Assembly: GCA_038867615.1 (NCBI GenBank)
Contig: JAWBYA010000003.1
Span: forward strand, 192,001-256,000
Source: Sulfolobales archaeon
GTDB taxonomy: Archaea; Thermoproteota; Thermoprotei_A; Sulfolobales; AG1
Direction: 5' to 3'
Length of the DNA: 64,000 bases
Under the pieces are notes generated by a model. That model was not told where the DNA came from, ran no database searches, and was given only the letters and a program-made list of their open reading frames with translations. Position numbers and translations under genes: made by a program. Of this stretch, positions 9,904-20,340 are shown one piece after another. Within the stretch, counting starts at the first letter, position 1, and each line of letters opens with the position of its first letter.

Positions 9904-10794
9904 CTAGCTGATAGCCCATACGAGGAATGCCAGTGTTCCGAGGAGGAGGGATGCTTTAGAAACGCTTCTCGAGATCGATGCTCTCTTAATAGCTACACCT
10001 ATATCCCGCGAGGCTGGAATGCTTACCACCGATGCGAGGAATATGATTATAGATGTTATTGAGAGGGCTAGGTATCCAATAGACCACCTATAGATCAGTG
10101 GAAGAGCAACTATAGCTAGTAGAAACACCAGCAAGGCTGTGGTTATTAGGGATGCATAAATATATCCTCTTGTTACTGCAAGTGTCCTGACCCCCTGCTC
10201 TCTATCACCACTAATATCCTCTATACCCTTAACAATCTCCCTCGATAGGCTCATTATGAATGCGAAAAGCCAGGGGACGAGGGCTAGGCCTAGGGATTTG
10301 GAGTCTATGATACCCTTCACACTGGCATATGATATGCTTCCATAGAATATGGAGTTAGCGCTCAGCATAGATACAACTATGTTTCCAACAAGACCAAGTC
10401 TCTTTAATCTCCAGCTATAAAGATAGGTTAACAATGTATTGACAGCCACGAATAATCCAACAAGGATTCCGAGGAGCGGGAATGAGATAAGAACTCCTAG
10501 GACGAAGAGAGCGATAGATATGGTGAGAGCAGTCCTTGGGGTTATATCGCCCCTAACTAGCGGGCGCCAGGGTTTGCTCCTCCTATCGATCTCTATATCA
10601 TAGTAGTCATTCACAATATACCCACCAGCAGCAACCACGAGAGCTGGTATTGAGATCAGGAGAACCATATATAGATCCCGGGTTGCGCTTGGGTCCACCA
10701 CAGCAGCGCCTACAAGTACTCCAAGGAATGTTATGAAAACGTTATGGGGTCTTGAGAGCTTTATAATCGAGATCAGCGTTTTCAAGGCGGTCAA
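9904..10794 (-). CDS. UbiA-family prenyltransferase, probably digeranylgeranylglyceryl phosphate synthase
   Basis: LSRPHN, NDYYDIEIDRRSKPWRPLVRG, REIVKGIEDISGD motifs; multiple TM helices. Confidence 0.88.
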   Translation of the reverse strand: MTALKTLISIIKLSRPHNVFITFLGVLVGAAVVDPSATRDLYMVLLISIPALVVAAGGYIVNDYYDIEIDRRSKPWRPLVRGDITPRTALTISIALFVLGVLISFPLLGILVGLFVAVNTLLTYLYSWRLKRLGLVGNIVVSMLSANSIFYGSISYASVKGIIDSKSLGLALVPWLFAFIMSLSREIVKGIEDISGDREQGVRTLAVTRGYIYASLITTALLVFLLAIVALPLIYRWSIGYLALSITSIIIFLASVVSIPASRDIGVAIKRASISRSVSKASLLLGTLAFLVWAIS

Positions 10795-10876
10795 CAGCTC
10801 TCTCCACAGGTGTTGGGTGTTAATCTATAAAACTTTTCATACGAGGATACTTTTAACAATGTCCTGTCTATTAGCC

Positions 10877-11677
10877 TCATAGCCTTGGGCTCGGCTCTTC
10901 TGTGTAGTAGTCCTCACCCCCAGCAAGGATCCTCTGTATCGTAGCGTATAGGTTGTCGAAACCCCTCCAAGTCATCGCTGAAACTGGTATGGCATCTATG
11001 TTTTGGAGTGCCGTGTCTACTATGCTGAGCACTATCTCTTCCTCATAGCTTGATAATCCCTCCTTCCTAGCACCCTCGATCAGTAGGTAGGGATCTTCTA
11101 TCCATGAGAGAACGTTTGATAAGACATCATCGGGGTATAGATCTGTTTTGGTTAGCACGAGGATCTGTGGCTTCCTTATCCTAAGCCATGTTGATAGGAA
11201 GAGGAGAAGTGTTGATGCAAATGACGAGGCCCTGCTAGCCATAAACATATCCACTAGGAAGAGGACTAGCGAGCCTGAGCCCTCGCTCAGCTTATCAATT
11301 ATTAAGGGGCCTGCTGGTCTGAAAGCAAAGATCTCCATCTGGCCTGGCGTATCGATCAGATAGTAATTAGCCTTCCTCTCCTCAATCATATCCTTAATAG
11401 CATCTATATAGCTTATCGACATATCTATAGAGGCTATCAAAGCCCCGTTAGGCCCTAGGTTGTATTTATGCATAACATCCCTTGCATTAACAAACCTCCT
11501 CAGATCAATATCAGGCGTATATGGGAGACTCTCAGCAGCAGGATCCATGTTTACTATAGAGGCATCAAGCTGATTAGAGATCATCCACTCACCAAAACCA
11601 CTAGCCAGAGTAGTCTTACCAGAACCAGCCGGCCCCAGTATGAAAATGAAGTAAGGCACCCACCAGCCCCAAAACAA
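10877..11677 (-). CDS. GPN-loop GTPase (archaeal GPN)
   Basis: GPAGSGKTT, NMDPA, LGPNGAL, DTPGQME. Confidence 0.92.
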   Translation of the reverse strand: MFWGWWVPYFIFILGPAGSGKTTLASGFGEWMISNQLDASIVNMDPAAESLPYTPDIDLRRFVNARDVMHKYNLGPNGALIASIDMSISYIDAIKDMIEERKANYYLIDTPGQMEIFAFRPAGPLIIDKLSEGSGSLVLFLVDMFMASRASSFASTLLLFLSTWLRIRKPQILVLTKTDLYPDDVLSNVLSWIEDPYLLIEGARKEGLSSYEEEIVLSIVDTALQNIDAIPVSAMTWRGFDNLYATIQRILAGGEDYYTEEPSPRL

Positions 11678-11797
11678 TATACCGAGTGAGATTTAAAGCT
11701 ACAATCTATGTAGGGCTTTTGAGCCGTTATTTCTCTGATCATGTTGCACGGAGACGTGGTTTTTAGGTTGTAGAATGTAATAGAGTGATAGGGGCTT

Positions 11798-13069
11798 ATG
11801 GATCTATATATTCCTAGCTGGGCAGAGGTTATTGTTGAAGGTAGGGCTAGGATTATTGCTCCTAAGCGTGAGCTGTTCTTAAGAGAAGATGGGGTTTACG
11901 AGCCTTCCCATGCTCCTGTTTTCTATAATCCAGCTATGGTTTTTAACAGGGATCTTGTGGTGGCGCTTCTCAACATATACTCAAGAAGCCTGTCTAAGAT
12001 TAGCACCGCTTCGGATCCCATGACCGCAACGGGTGTTAGGGGTATTAGGATTGCTCTTGAGGTTGAAGGAGTCTCTGAGATTTTTCTAAACGATATAGAC
12101 TCCATTGCTTGCAGGGTTGCTAAGCTTAACGTGGTTATCAACTCGCTGGCGGGTGTTTCGAGGATATATTGCGAAGACTCTAACCAGCACATGATCTCGC
12201 TCTCAAAAGCCGGGATCCATGTTGACTTCCTAGACATAGATCCCTATGGATCGCCCTCGCCTTTTATAGAGAGCGCTGTAAGGCTCCCAAAGATAGGTGG
12301 TTTGCTTGCAATGACAGCAACAGATCTAGGCCCCCTTGCTGGAAGATACCCGGCTAAGGTTTATAGAAGATACCATGCAACAACAACCCGGGATTTGGAT
12401 TTCGGTAAAGAGGCCGGGTTGAGGATCCTTATCGCCCACTCCATTATAAAGGCGTCCGAGCGTGATATAGCTCTAAAACCTATTATGGCTTATTACGCGG
12501 ATCACTATTATAGGGCTTATTTCTCGGTAGATAGGGGTGCTTCTAAGGCAGATGCTCTGTTAAAAGGGCTAGGCTATATAGCGGTATGCAAGGGCTGTGG
12601 CTATAGATCCGTGGTCACAGAGGTAGAGGATCTAAGGTGCCCCGCATGTGGCTTGAGAACGATTATCCTAGGCCCTTTATGGCTTGGGTCGCTTGCTGAT
12701 AGAGAGATCCTAGCCGGACTCTCAAGAGCCGAGGAAGACTTCCCATGGCTCCAGACTAGAGAGAGGATCTCCAGCCTTGCCAAAATACTCTTAGTAGAAG
12801 AGGATGTTGGTAAGCCTTACTACTATAGAGTTGATTCCATAGCCAGGGTTGTTAAGTCCAACATGCCGCCCATCGGTGAATTGATCGAGTGTCTTAGATC
12901 TATGGGTTACAGGGTCTCCAGAACACATTTCGATAGAATTGGTGTAAGGACAGATGCTGGTTTCAAGGATATAGTCTTATGTATAAGAAGCAGGGGGGTT
13001 GTGAGTAAACAGGGTCTCGAAGCTAGCTCTTCAGGATCTCCTGTAGGCTCTTCTCATAGGGGGGTCTAG
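11798..13069 (+). CDS. trm1: tRNA (guanine-26-N2)-dimethyltransferase
   Basis: VFYNPAM..NRD, ATGVRGIR, DIDPYGSP, TATD, GPLWLG, SRTHF..GVRTDA. Confidence 0.93.
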   Translation: MDLYIPSWAEVIVEGRARIIAPKRELFLREDGVYEPSHAPVFYNPAMVFNRDLVVALLNIYSRSLSKISTASDPMTATGVRGIRIALEVEGVSEIFLNDIDSIACRVAKLNVVINSLAGVSRIYCEDSNQHMISLSKAGIHVDFLDIDPYGSPSPFIESAVRLPKIGGLLAMTATDLGPLAGRYPAKVYRRYHATTTRDLDFGKEAGLRILIAHSIIKASERDIALKPIMAYYADHYYRAYFSVDRGASKADALLKGLGYIAVCKGCGYRSVVTEVEDLRCPACGLRTIILGPLWLGSLADREILAGLSRAEEDFPWLQTRERISSLAKILLVEEDVGKPYYYRVDSIARVVKSNMPPIGELIECLRSMGYRVSRTHFDRIGVRTDAGFKDIVLCIRSRGVVSKQGLEASSSGSPVGSSHRGV

Positions 13070-14093
13070 CAATCCCCTTCTCAGTTATTATAGCGCTAAC
13101 AAGATCTGGCGGGGTTATGTCGAACGCTGGGTTTATCGCCTCTGCATCCTGTCTTGTTATGAGGAGCCTTCCAAGTATGTTTTTAACCTCCTCAGGGTTT
13201 CTCTCCTCTATAACTAGATCCTCAGCCCTTGTCTCAGGATCTATTGTCGATGTTGGTGCTGCAACATAGAACGGGATTCCGTGTCTCTTTGCTGCTAGGG
13301 CTATCATGTATGTTCCTATCTTGTTAGCAACATGCCCTGTCCTTAAAATCCTGTCGGCACCAACGATCACCTTGGAGACCATGCCTCTATACATTAGATA
13401 ACCCACAGCATTATCTGTGACCAGTTTAACAGGGATCCCGTCCCTCATAAGCTCCCACACTGTTAGCCTTGCACCCTGGAGCAGGGGTCTTGTTTCGGTA
13501 GCTATGACCCTGATCCTCTTACCCTGCATCCATGCGTATCTAATAACACCGAGGGCTGTTCCAAAGCCCGATGTTGCTAGAGATCCAGTGTTACAGTGTG
13601 TTAGTATAACGTCGCCATCCTCTATCAATTCCTGCCCGTGTTTTCCTATCATCATGTTGGCCTCGAGATCCTCTTTCTGTATCTTTAAAGCCTCCTGGAT
13701 AACGAAAGACCTGATCTCCTCTACAGAGGCTCCTCTACCTATAAGTCCGTAGACGCCGTTCATGATCCTCTTGAGAGCCCAGAATAGGTTGACAGCTGTA
13801 GGCCTTGTTCTTGAGAGTCTCTGTGATGCTGCCTCAAGACTTCTTAAAAGATCATCTCTGGAGCCTGTGCTCTTACTAGCAACAACAGCTAGTGCTAGGG
13901 CAGCAGCAACCCCGATGGCAGGTGCTCCTCTTATCTCAAGCCTCTCAATAGCCCTGGCTATTCTCTCGATATCGTCTGAAGAGACCCATACCTCCTCGTA
14001 TGGGAGTCTGGTGACATCGAGCCATACGAGCTTTCCGTCCTCGAATTTAACTGGCATTAGTATATCCATATTAATCACTACGTAGAAGTACAC
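13023..14093 (-). CDS. mtnA: S-methyl-5-thioribose-1-phosphate isomerase (eIF-2B family)
   Basis: IRGAPAIG, RPTAVNL, THCNTGSLAT, ETRPLLQGARLT, GADRI, NKIGT, NPAFDITP. Confidence 0.9.
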   Translation of the reverse strand: MYFYVVINMDILMPVKFEDGKLVWLDVTRLPYEEVWVSSDDIERIARAIERLEIRGAPAIGVAAALALAVVASKSTGSRDDLLRSLEAASQRLSRTRPTAVNLFWALKRIMNGVYGLIGRGASVEEIRSFVIQEALKIQKEDLEANMMIGKHGQELIEDGDVILTHCNTGSLATSGFGTALGVIRYAWMQGKRIRVIATETRPLLQGARLTVWELMRDGIPVKLVTDNAVGYLMYRGMVSKVIVGADRILRTGHVANKIGTYMIALAAKRHGIPFYVAAPTSTIDPETRAEDLVIEERNPEEVKNILGRLLITRQDAEAINPAFDITPPDLVSAIITEKGIARPPYEKSLQEILKS

Positions 14094-14145
14094 CCATCGC
14101 GGTATATAGGTTCTACAATATGGGTTAATACTAGTGTTTCTGTAT

Positions 14146-14922
14146 CTATTCTAGAGCCTCTATAGAATATCTTCCAACGATCTTTAGGGTTGTTGTGTAT
14201 CTCTTCATCCTCTCTATAGCTGTCCCGCATTGTGAGCATTCAAGCTCTGTTAGGAAGAAGTATTGCCATGGTGATAGCCTGGTTGGTCTTGAGTATATAA
14301 AGCTCATATTAATCGACTCCTCGGCTATTGGTGCTAAAGCTCTATATAATGCTCCCGGCTTGTTTGGGACTGTGAATATTATTGCTGTGTGGGTATAGCT
14401 ACTCCCAGCACTGCTATAATCGCGGGAGACTATGGCAAACCTAGTTCTGCTCTCGCTATCCTCGACGCCACATATCTTCTCAGATATATCCTCCAAGGCT
14501 TTTGGAGACGCTATTACACCGCAGTCTGTACATCCCCTCTTAAATACCTCAACGGCCTCGGAGGTGCTTCTGGTATATATTACTTGGGCACCCAGTTCGG
14601 AGATCTTATTCCTAGCCTGGCCAGCCGCGTGGGGGTGTGTATAGATAACCCTAGGCTTTCCCCTAACAGCTAGGCATAATGTGATCTTCATCTCAACGAC
14701 CCTGATAATCACGGGGCTTTTCATGGCGAGATTATCTATAACCTCGCCGACAGGACCCTCAAGGCTATTTATATATGGTACAACGCCGAGCCCTATCTCG
14801 CCACCTTCGAGGGCGTCGAATATCTTTGAAACACTATCCATTGCAACGAGATCCTTGCCAATAGCTCTTAAAGCAGCCTCCCATGTGAAGGACTTCTCAG
14901 GGCCTAGGAAACCCACCCGCAT
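14146..14922 (-). CDS. pheA: Prephenate dehydratase with ACT domain
   Basis: MRVGFLGPEKSFT, NSLEG, THPHA..Q, TRF, PNKPGALY, SRP; start moved to the ATG at 14922. Confidence 0.85.
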   Translation of the reverse strand: MRVGFLGPEKSFTWEAALRAIGKDLVAMDSVSKIFDALEGGEIGLGVVPYINSLEGPVGEVIDNLAMKSPVIIRVVEMKITLCLAVRGKPRVIYTHPHAAGQARNKISELGAQVIYTRSTSEAVEVFKRGCTDCGVIASPKALEDISEKICGVEDSESRTRFAIVSRDYSSAGSSYTHTAIIFTVPNKPGALYRALAPIAEESINMSFIYSRPTRLSPWQYFFLTELECSQCGTAIERMKRYTTTLKIVGRYSIEALE

Positions 14923-15012
14923 TGCGAAAACCAAGATTATATCATTGTGTGATAAAAATATAGCGGTATAATAAATATTAAGGTCTTGGGGTAATTCTTC
15001 GTTGAGAAGCAC

Positions 15013-15444
15013 ATGGATAGGGGGATGGATAGACTAATAATAAGCCTGGTGCTACCACCAATCATAGGCCTTATAGCAGCAATAGCATCTATGCTTGAGC
15101 AGCCAGGTGAGAGTGGTGTATGTGATATTAACAGCTTTATCTCGTGTTCCCAGGTGATATATTCTAGATACTCATCATTCATGGGGATAAGCCTATCAAT
15201 ATGGGCGGCACTTTATTTCACAACAGCGATTCTAACAGCAACAGCCTATCTAGTAGTCAAGAAACAAGCGGCTATGAAGATATACTGGGGCATCTCGATC
15301 GCAGCACTACCAATAATAGCGATCCTGATCTACATAGAGATCCTAGTTATAAAAGCGCTATGCATATACTGCACAGTGATGCACATATCTATAATAACCA
15401 TGAGCGTGGTATCCACCACACATATAACGAGGCTAGGTCAATAA
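15013..15444 (+). CDS. Vitamin K epoxide reductase (VKOR) family protein
   Basis: CDINSFISCSQVIYS loop cysteines and CIYC redox motif, 4 TM helices. Confidence 0.9.
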   Translation: MDRGMDRLIISLVLPPIIGLIAAIASMLEQPGESGVCDINSFISCSQVIYSRYSSFMGISLSIWAALYFTTAILTATAYLVVKKQAAMKIYWGISIAALPIIAILIYIEILVIKALCIYCTVMHISIITMSVVSTTHITRLGQ

Positions 15445-15482
15445 TAAACCTCTATAAGCCCGAAATACTATTATTTCTATGG

Positions 15483-15570
15483 GCGGGGGTGCCCGAGCCA
15501 GGTCAAAGGGGTCGGGCTGAGGACCCGATGGCGTAGGCCTGCGTGGGTTCAAATCCCACCCCCCGCACCA
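15483..15570 (+). tRNA. tRNA-Leu(GAG)
   Basis: GCGGGGG acceptor, anticodon arm TCGGG-CTGAGGA-CCCGA, long variable arm, encoded CCA. Confidence 0.97.
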
Positions 15571-15765
15571 ATATGTCGAAAGAATAAAAGATCCTTAGGA
15601 TCTTCGATCTTATTTATATGTTATCTATAAACATGCCTTGTATCTACCAGCAGTAGTTGAGAAGCTACTTATATAAATGCTCTAACGCTATATCGATATT
15701 TATATAATACTCTAGTTCCAGACAAATATATAGCCATTAACTAGATAAATACTTGAGGGTTTTCC

Positions 15766-17523
15766 ATGGTATCGTCGAGGAAATTAGTTGGTATCGTAAT
15801 AGCTATAATAGTTATAATCGGGGCTGTAGTATTCATAACAACCTATAGAGGAGCGCCCCAAGAAGTGCCGAAGATAACAAGCCCGGCAAGCCCTACAGCA
15901 ACCATAACAACACCGCGACCAACAACACCCACGACACCTACACAGCCTATAGTACCAACAACTCCTCCTACAACTACTAAGGATGAGCTTAAGGTTGCGA
16001 TAGGCACTGATCTCGACACACTGGATCCCCATGATCAGACAACAAACCTCGTTGAAAATGTGATCATGCATACGTGTGAGAGGCTGTTCGATCGCGATGA
16101 AAAAGGCAATCTAATACCGATGCTCGCTACAAAGCTTGAAGTGTCTAGCGATGGTCTAGTATACACCATATATCTTAGACAAGGGGTTAAGTTCCACAAC
16201 GGCGAGGTACTTACAGCAGATACTGTGAAGCTCAACTTCGACAGGATCTTTAACGCGACGGCTAAGAAAAGGCTTTCCACATATCTTCCAAATGTTAAAT
16301 CATATAGGGCTGTTAATGAGAGTGTGTTTGAGATCGTATTATCTAAACCATTCTCTCCATTCTCAATGTCTCTCTCGCTGGTATACATAGTAGCAAAGGA
16401 GGCTATAATCAAGTATGGCGATGCTCTCCCAAGAGAGCCAAAGGCCCTTATATGCACAGGCCCGTTCAAGATGGTTGAGTGGGTCAAGGGGACGAGGGTG
16501 GTGCTTGAGAGATTCGATGGATACTGGGGAGGTACAGTGCCTCTGAAGAGAATTGTGTTCTATATAGTGCCTGAAGATGCTACGAGGGAGGCTATGTTAC
16601 TGGCAGGAGATGTAGATCTCATATTCTGGCCCTCACTAGCTTCTCTCCAGAGGCTTAGCCAAACCCCGGGGATCAAGGTTGTCCAGTATCCGACATACAG
16701 GTATGTTATGCTTCACTTTAACTTCGACTACCCAGCATTCCAGGATAAGAGGGTTAGGCTAGCCTTTAATTACGCTCTGGATAAGGAGACAATAGTGTCT
16801 AAGATATTCTATGGAACTGCGACAATAGTTAAGTCGCCATGGCAGATAGGCATGTTTGGATATAGTGATATTGGTTACTATAAATACGATCCTGAAAAGG
16901 CTAAACAACTACTCACCGAGGCTGGCTTTAAGGCAGGCCCTGATGGCGTGCTTACCCACCCACAGTATGGGAAGCTAAGCATCAAGATGGTTCATATGAA
17001 GGGTAGGTTCCCAGGAGATGTTGAGCTCGCACAGGCTGTCCAGGGGTATTTGAGAAACATAGGTGTGGAGGTCGAGCTTGTGACTGGCGATTGGCCGTGG
17101 TATATAAACACAATATATCTCTCTCCAACAGATAAGGCTAAGAACGGGTACTGGTTATTCCAGAGAAGCTGGGGCCCCAATATCCCAGACCCCTATTACA
17201 CGGTATTCTTCCTATACAGCTGCAATATGTGGGTAGGCCCTTCCAACATGACCCACAAGGGTATAAACCTGACAACAGCTGGAAGAAACATAGGGTATTA
17301 CTGTAACCCCGAGTTCGATAAGATCCTCGATCAGTATATAGTCGAGACGAACGAGGCTAAGAGATTGGAGCTGGCAGCGGCTATGGCAAAGATCCTTTGG
17401 GACGATGCTCCAGCAGTATTCCTGTTCCAGTTGAACATATTCGTTGCTGCTAAGTCAAACCTCGAAGGCCTGGTCTTCGTCCCTGGAGAACAGATCTATC
17501 TTGGTAAGGCGTATTTCAAGTGA
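15766..17523 (+). CDS. Peptide ABC transporter substrate-binding protein (SBP family 5, DppA-like)
   Basis: N-terminal TM anchor, Pro/Thr linker, TLDP, LRQGVKFHNG, TGPFK, RVRLAFNYALD. Confidence 0.9.
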   Translation: MVSSRKLVGIVIAIIVIIGAVVFITTYRGAPQEVPKITSPASPTATITTPRPTTPTTPTQPIVPTTPPTTTKDELKVAIGTDLDTLDPHDQTTNLVENVIMHTCERLFDRDEKGNLIPMLATKLEVSSDGLVYTIYLRQGVKFHNGEVLTADTVKLNFDRIFNATAKKRLSTYLPNVKSYRAVNESVFEIVLSKPFSPFSMSLSLVYIVAKEAIIKYGDALPREPKALICTGPFKMVEWVKGTRVVLERFDGYWGGTVPLKRIVFYIVPEDATREAMLLAGDVDLIFWPSLASLQRLSQTPGIKVVQYPTYRYVMLHFNFDYPAFQDKRVRLAFNYALDKETIVSKIFYGTATIVKSPWQIGMFGYSDIGYYKYDPEKAKQLLTEAGFKAGPDGVLTHPQYGKLSIKMVHMKGRFPGDVELAQAVQGYLRNIGVEVELVTGDWPWYINTIYLSPTDKAKNGYWLFQRSWGPNIPDPYYTVFFLYSCNMWVGPSNMTHKGINLTTAGRNIGYYCNPEFDKILDQYIVETNEAKRLELAAAMAKILWDDAPAVFLFQLNIFVAAKSNLEGLVFVPGEQIYLGKAYFK

Positions 17524-17529
17524 TCCTAA

Positions 17530-18456
17530 ATGGGGAGTCTTATAGCATATATAGTGAAGAGAGTTTTACTGGTATTGCCGACATTGATAGGCGTAATAAC
17601 AATGATCTTTTTTCTCGTAAGGATCCTTCCAGGGGATCCTACACACTTACTTGCTGGAGAGCAGGCCAGCCCTGAGATTATAGAGAGACTTAGAGCAGAG
17701 TTTGGCCTTGATAGGCCTATATATGAGCAATACGTATTATACCTCAAATCAGTACTAACCCTGGATTTCGGAACATCGTATAGAACATACACGCCAGTGG
17801 TTGTAGAGATAATGAGCAGATTTCCAAACACAGTGATTCTAGCCTTGTCAGCTATGCTTATAGCTATCTTTGTGGGGATAGCCCTGGGCATTGTTTCAGC
17901 ACTAAGGGTTGGTAGTGTTATAGACAGGGCTGTTATTATCTTCACCAGCATATATGTATCTATGCCCGTCTTCTGGCTTGGGTTGCTACTGATATATTTC
18001 TTCGCAGTGCAGCTCAAGATCCTGCCGGCAGGTGGTATAGGCTCTCCGGCTCATGTTGTTTTGCCTTCTCTAGCGCTTAGCCACACGCCTCTCTCATATA
18101 TCGCGAGGATCACTAGGGAATCGATCTTAGAAACCCTATCACAAGAGCATGTAAGGTTAGCAGTAGCGCGGGGTCTGCCCCTTCGATCGATACTTATTAA
18201 CCATGTCATAAGGAACTCGTTGATAAACGTTGTTACAGTGATAGGTTACTTTACAGGCGTTCTACTAGGTGGGGCTGTTGTTACCGAGACCGTCTTCGCA
18301 TGGCCAGGTATTGGGAGGCTTTTAATAGAATCAATAGCTGCTAGGGACTATATAATGATCCAGGGTATAGTTATATTTATCGCGATGATCTTCATATTTG
18401 TTAACCTTATCGTCGATATAACATACAGGATCATAGACCCGAGGGTAAGGCTATGA
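17530..18456 (+). CDS. dppB: Peptide ABC transporter permease (DppB)
   Basis: LPGDP, FGLDRP, AVARGL EAA loop, ETVFAWPGIG, DPRVR. Confidence 0.92.
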   Translation: MGSLIAYIVKRVLLVLPTLIGVITMIFFLVRILPGDPTHLLAGEQASPEIIERLRAEFGLDRPIYEQYVLYLKSVLTLDFGTSYRTYTPVVVEIMSRFPNTVILALSAMLIAIFVGIALGIVSALRVGSVIDRAVIIFTSIYVSMPVFWLGLLLIYFFAVQLKILPAGGIGSPAHVVLPSLALSHTPLSYIARITRESILETLSQEHVRLAVARGLPLRSILINHVIRNSLINVVTVIGYFTGVLLGGAVVTETVFAWPGIGRLLIESIAARDYIMIQGIVIFIAMIFIFVNLIVDITYRIIDPRVRL

Positions 18457-19388
18457 GCACCAGGATCGCCGGTATTCTTCGCAGCCTCGCCGAAATGATT
18501 AGAGAGGATAGGTATTTCGCAGCTGGTTTTATAACGATCTCGGTTGTGATTATTCTATCAGCAGCTGCTAGTATTATATCAACTTATGATCCGTATAAAA
18601 TAGATCTCATAAACAAGCTTAGGGGACCCTCACCAGAGCATCCTATGGGTACTGACCAGCTTGGTAGGGATCTCTTCACAAGAATCCTCTACGGAGGCAG
18701 ATATACTCTCTTCCTAAGCGCCTCAGCAATCGCATTAGCATTGGTAATAGGCCTGTTAGTAGGTACACTCTCGGGCTATTATAAGGGCTGGCTAGATCTG
18801 GTTGTTCAGAGGTTTGTTGACATATTAATGTCATTCCCATCCATAATTCTAGCCATAGCCTTGGCAACAATGCTGGGCTACGGTCTCGAAACCCTAGTTA
18901 TAGCTGTAGCTATAGCTGAATCGCCGTTCTTGATCAGGGTTGTGAGGGCTGCTGTTATCAGTATAAGGGATCTTCCCTACATCGAGGCTGCCAGGCTCAT
19001 GGGTTACGGGGATCTGTATGTTATATTGAGGCACGTGATACCCAATATAATGTATGTAGTGATTCCACAGGTAACGCTTCAAATGGGGTCGGCGATACTC
19101 ATAATAGCGGCGCTGGGTTTCTTGGGGATAGGGATAAAGCCCCCCACACCTGAGTGGGGCTCTATGCTTAACGAGGCTAGGGCGTATCTTATGGATTATC
19201 CGCATCTCCTCATATTTCCAGGTCTCATGATTTTCCTCTCTATTGTGAGTTTCAATATAGTTGGTGAGAGTCTCAAGATGAGGCTTGATCCTAAGGCTAG
19301 GAGTCTTATAAGGGGTAGATCCAGGTTAGTATGGGGGTTGTATAGAGGTGGTAGGAGGGGTCTAGATGAGCGCAATACTAGCTATTGA
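18453..19388 (+). CDS. dppC: Peptide ABC transporter permease (DppC)
   Basis: HPMGTDQLGRD, YIEAARLMG, RHVIPN, PPTPEWG. Confidence 0.92.
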   Translation: MSTRIAGILRSLAEMIREDRYFAAGFITISVVIILSAAASIISTYDPYKIDLINKLRGPSPEHPMGTDQLGRDLFTRILYGGRYTLFLSASAIALALVIGLLVGTLSGYYKGWLDLVVQRFVDILMSFPSIILAIALATMLGYGLETLVIAVAIAESPFLIRVVRAAVISIRDLPYIEAARLMGYGDLYVILRHVIPNIMYVVIPQVTLQMGSAILIIAALGFLGIGIKPPTPEWGSMLNEARAYLMDYPHLLIFPGLMIFLSIVSFNIVGESLKMRLDPKARSLIRGRSRLVWGLYRGGRRGLDERNTSY

Positions 19389-20340
19389 GTCGCTTTCAGT
19401 AGCGTATCAGACTGAAAAGGGGCTCTTGAGGGCTGTTGATAACGTAGATCTTAGGATTGAGGATAAGGAGATAGTATGTCTAGTAGGCGAATCAGGATCT
19501 GGCAAAACAACTGTTGCCAACACGATCCTAAGGATCCTGCAGCCCAATGCAATAATACTTGGCGGTAGGGTTCTCTTCGAGGGCGTAGATCTCTTGGACA
19601 TAGATGAGGAGGATATGTCGAAGATCAGGGGGCGTAAGATCAATATAGTACCGCAGAACCCTTCAACAGCACTTAACCCTATACTCAGTATAGAGGATCA
19701 GTTCTGTGAATTTCTCAGGCATAAAAAGGATATTAGGGAGAGAAATAGGTGCAGGGAGATCGCCATAGATCTTCTGGGTAGGGTTGGTATAGCAGATCCA
19801 GAGAGGGTTCTGAAGCTCTACCCACACCAGCTAAGCGGTGGGATGAAGCAGAGGGTTCTGATAGCGATTGCTATATCGACAAGTCCTAGGTTATTGGTTG
19901 CTGACGAGCCTACGTCGATGCTAGATGCTACTATACAGTCACAGATCCTGGATTTGTTGCTTGATATAAATAGGAGGGAGGGGCTCTCAATGCTATTAAT
20001 AACACACGATCTTGGGGTTGCGATGAGTGCATGTAATAGGATCTATGTTATGTATGCTGGCGAGGTAGTTGAGTCAGGATCCACAGAGAGGGTTATTAAC
20101 AAACCCCTCCATCCATACACAATAGCACTTATCGATAACGCGTTTCTCAGCTTCAAGTCCCAGGGAATTAAAAGGGCTGTTAGTGGTGAACCACCAAACC
20201 TCATAGATCTTCCAAGTGGTTGTAGGTTTAGCTCTAGATGTCCTATGGCTTTTGATAAGTGTATGAAAGAGCGTCCTAGCCTTGTTCAGAAGGGTATTGA
20301 TTCTGTGAGGTGTTTTCTATACCATGACGCCTCAACTTAG
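19366..20340 (+). CDS. dppD: Peptide ABC transporter ATP-binding subunit (DppD)
   Basis: GESGSGKT, YPHQLSGGMKQR, DEPTS, GCRFSSRC. Confidence 0.92.
   Translation: MSAILAIESLSVAYQTEKGLLRAVDNVDLRIEDKEIVCLVGESGSGKTTVANTILRILQPNAIILGGRVLFEGVDLLDIDEEDMSKIRGRKINIVPQNPSTALNPILSIEDQFCEFLRHKKDIRERNRCREIAIDLLGRVGIADPERVLKLYPHQLSGGMKQRVLIAIAISTSPRLLVADEPTSMLDATIQSQILDLLLDINRREGLSMLLITHDLGVAMSACNRIYVMYAGEVVESGSTERVINKPLHPYTIALIDNAFLSFKSQGIKRAVSGEPPNLIDLPSGCRFSSRCPMAFDKCMKERPSLVQKGIDSVRCFLYHDAST

Noticed and set aside
15877-15978. ACA/CCA-rich low-complexity repeat
   Set aside because: Ordinary Pro/Thr linker of the substrate-binding protein
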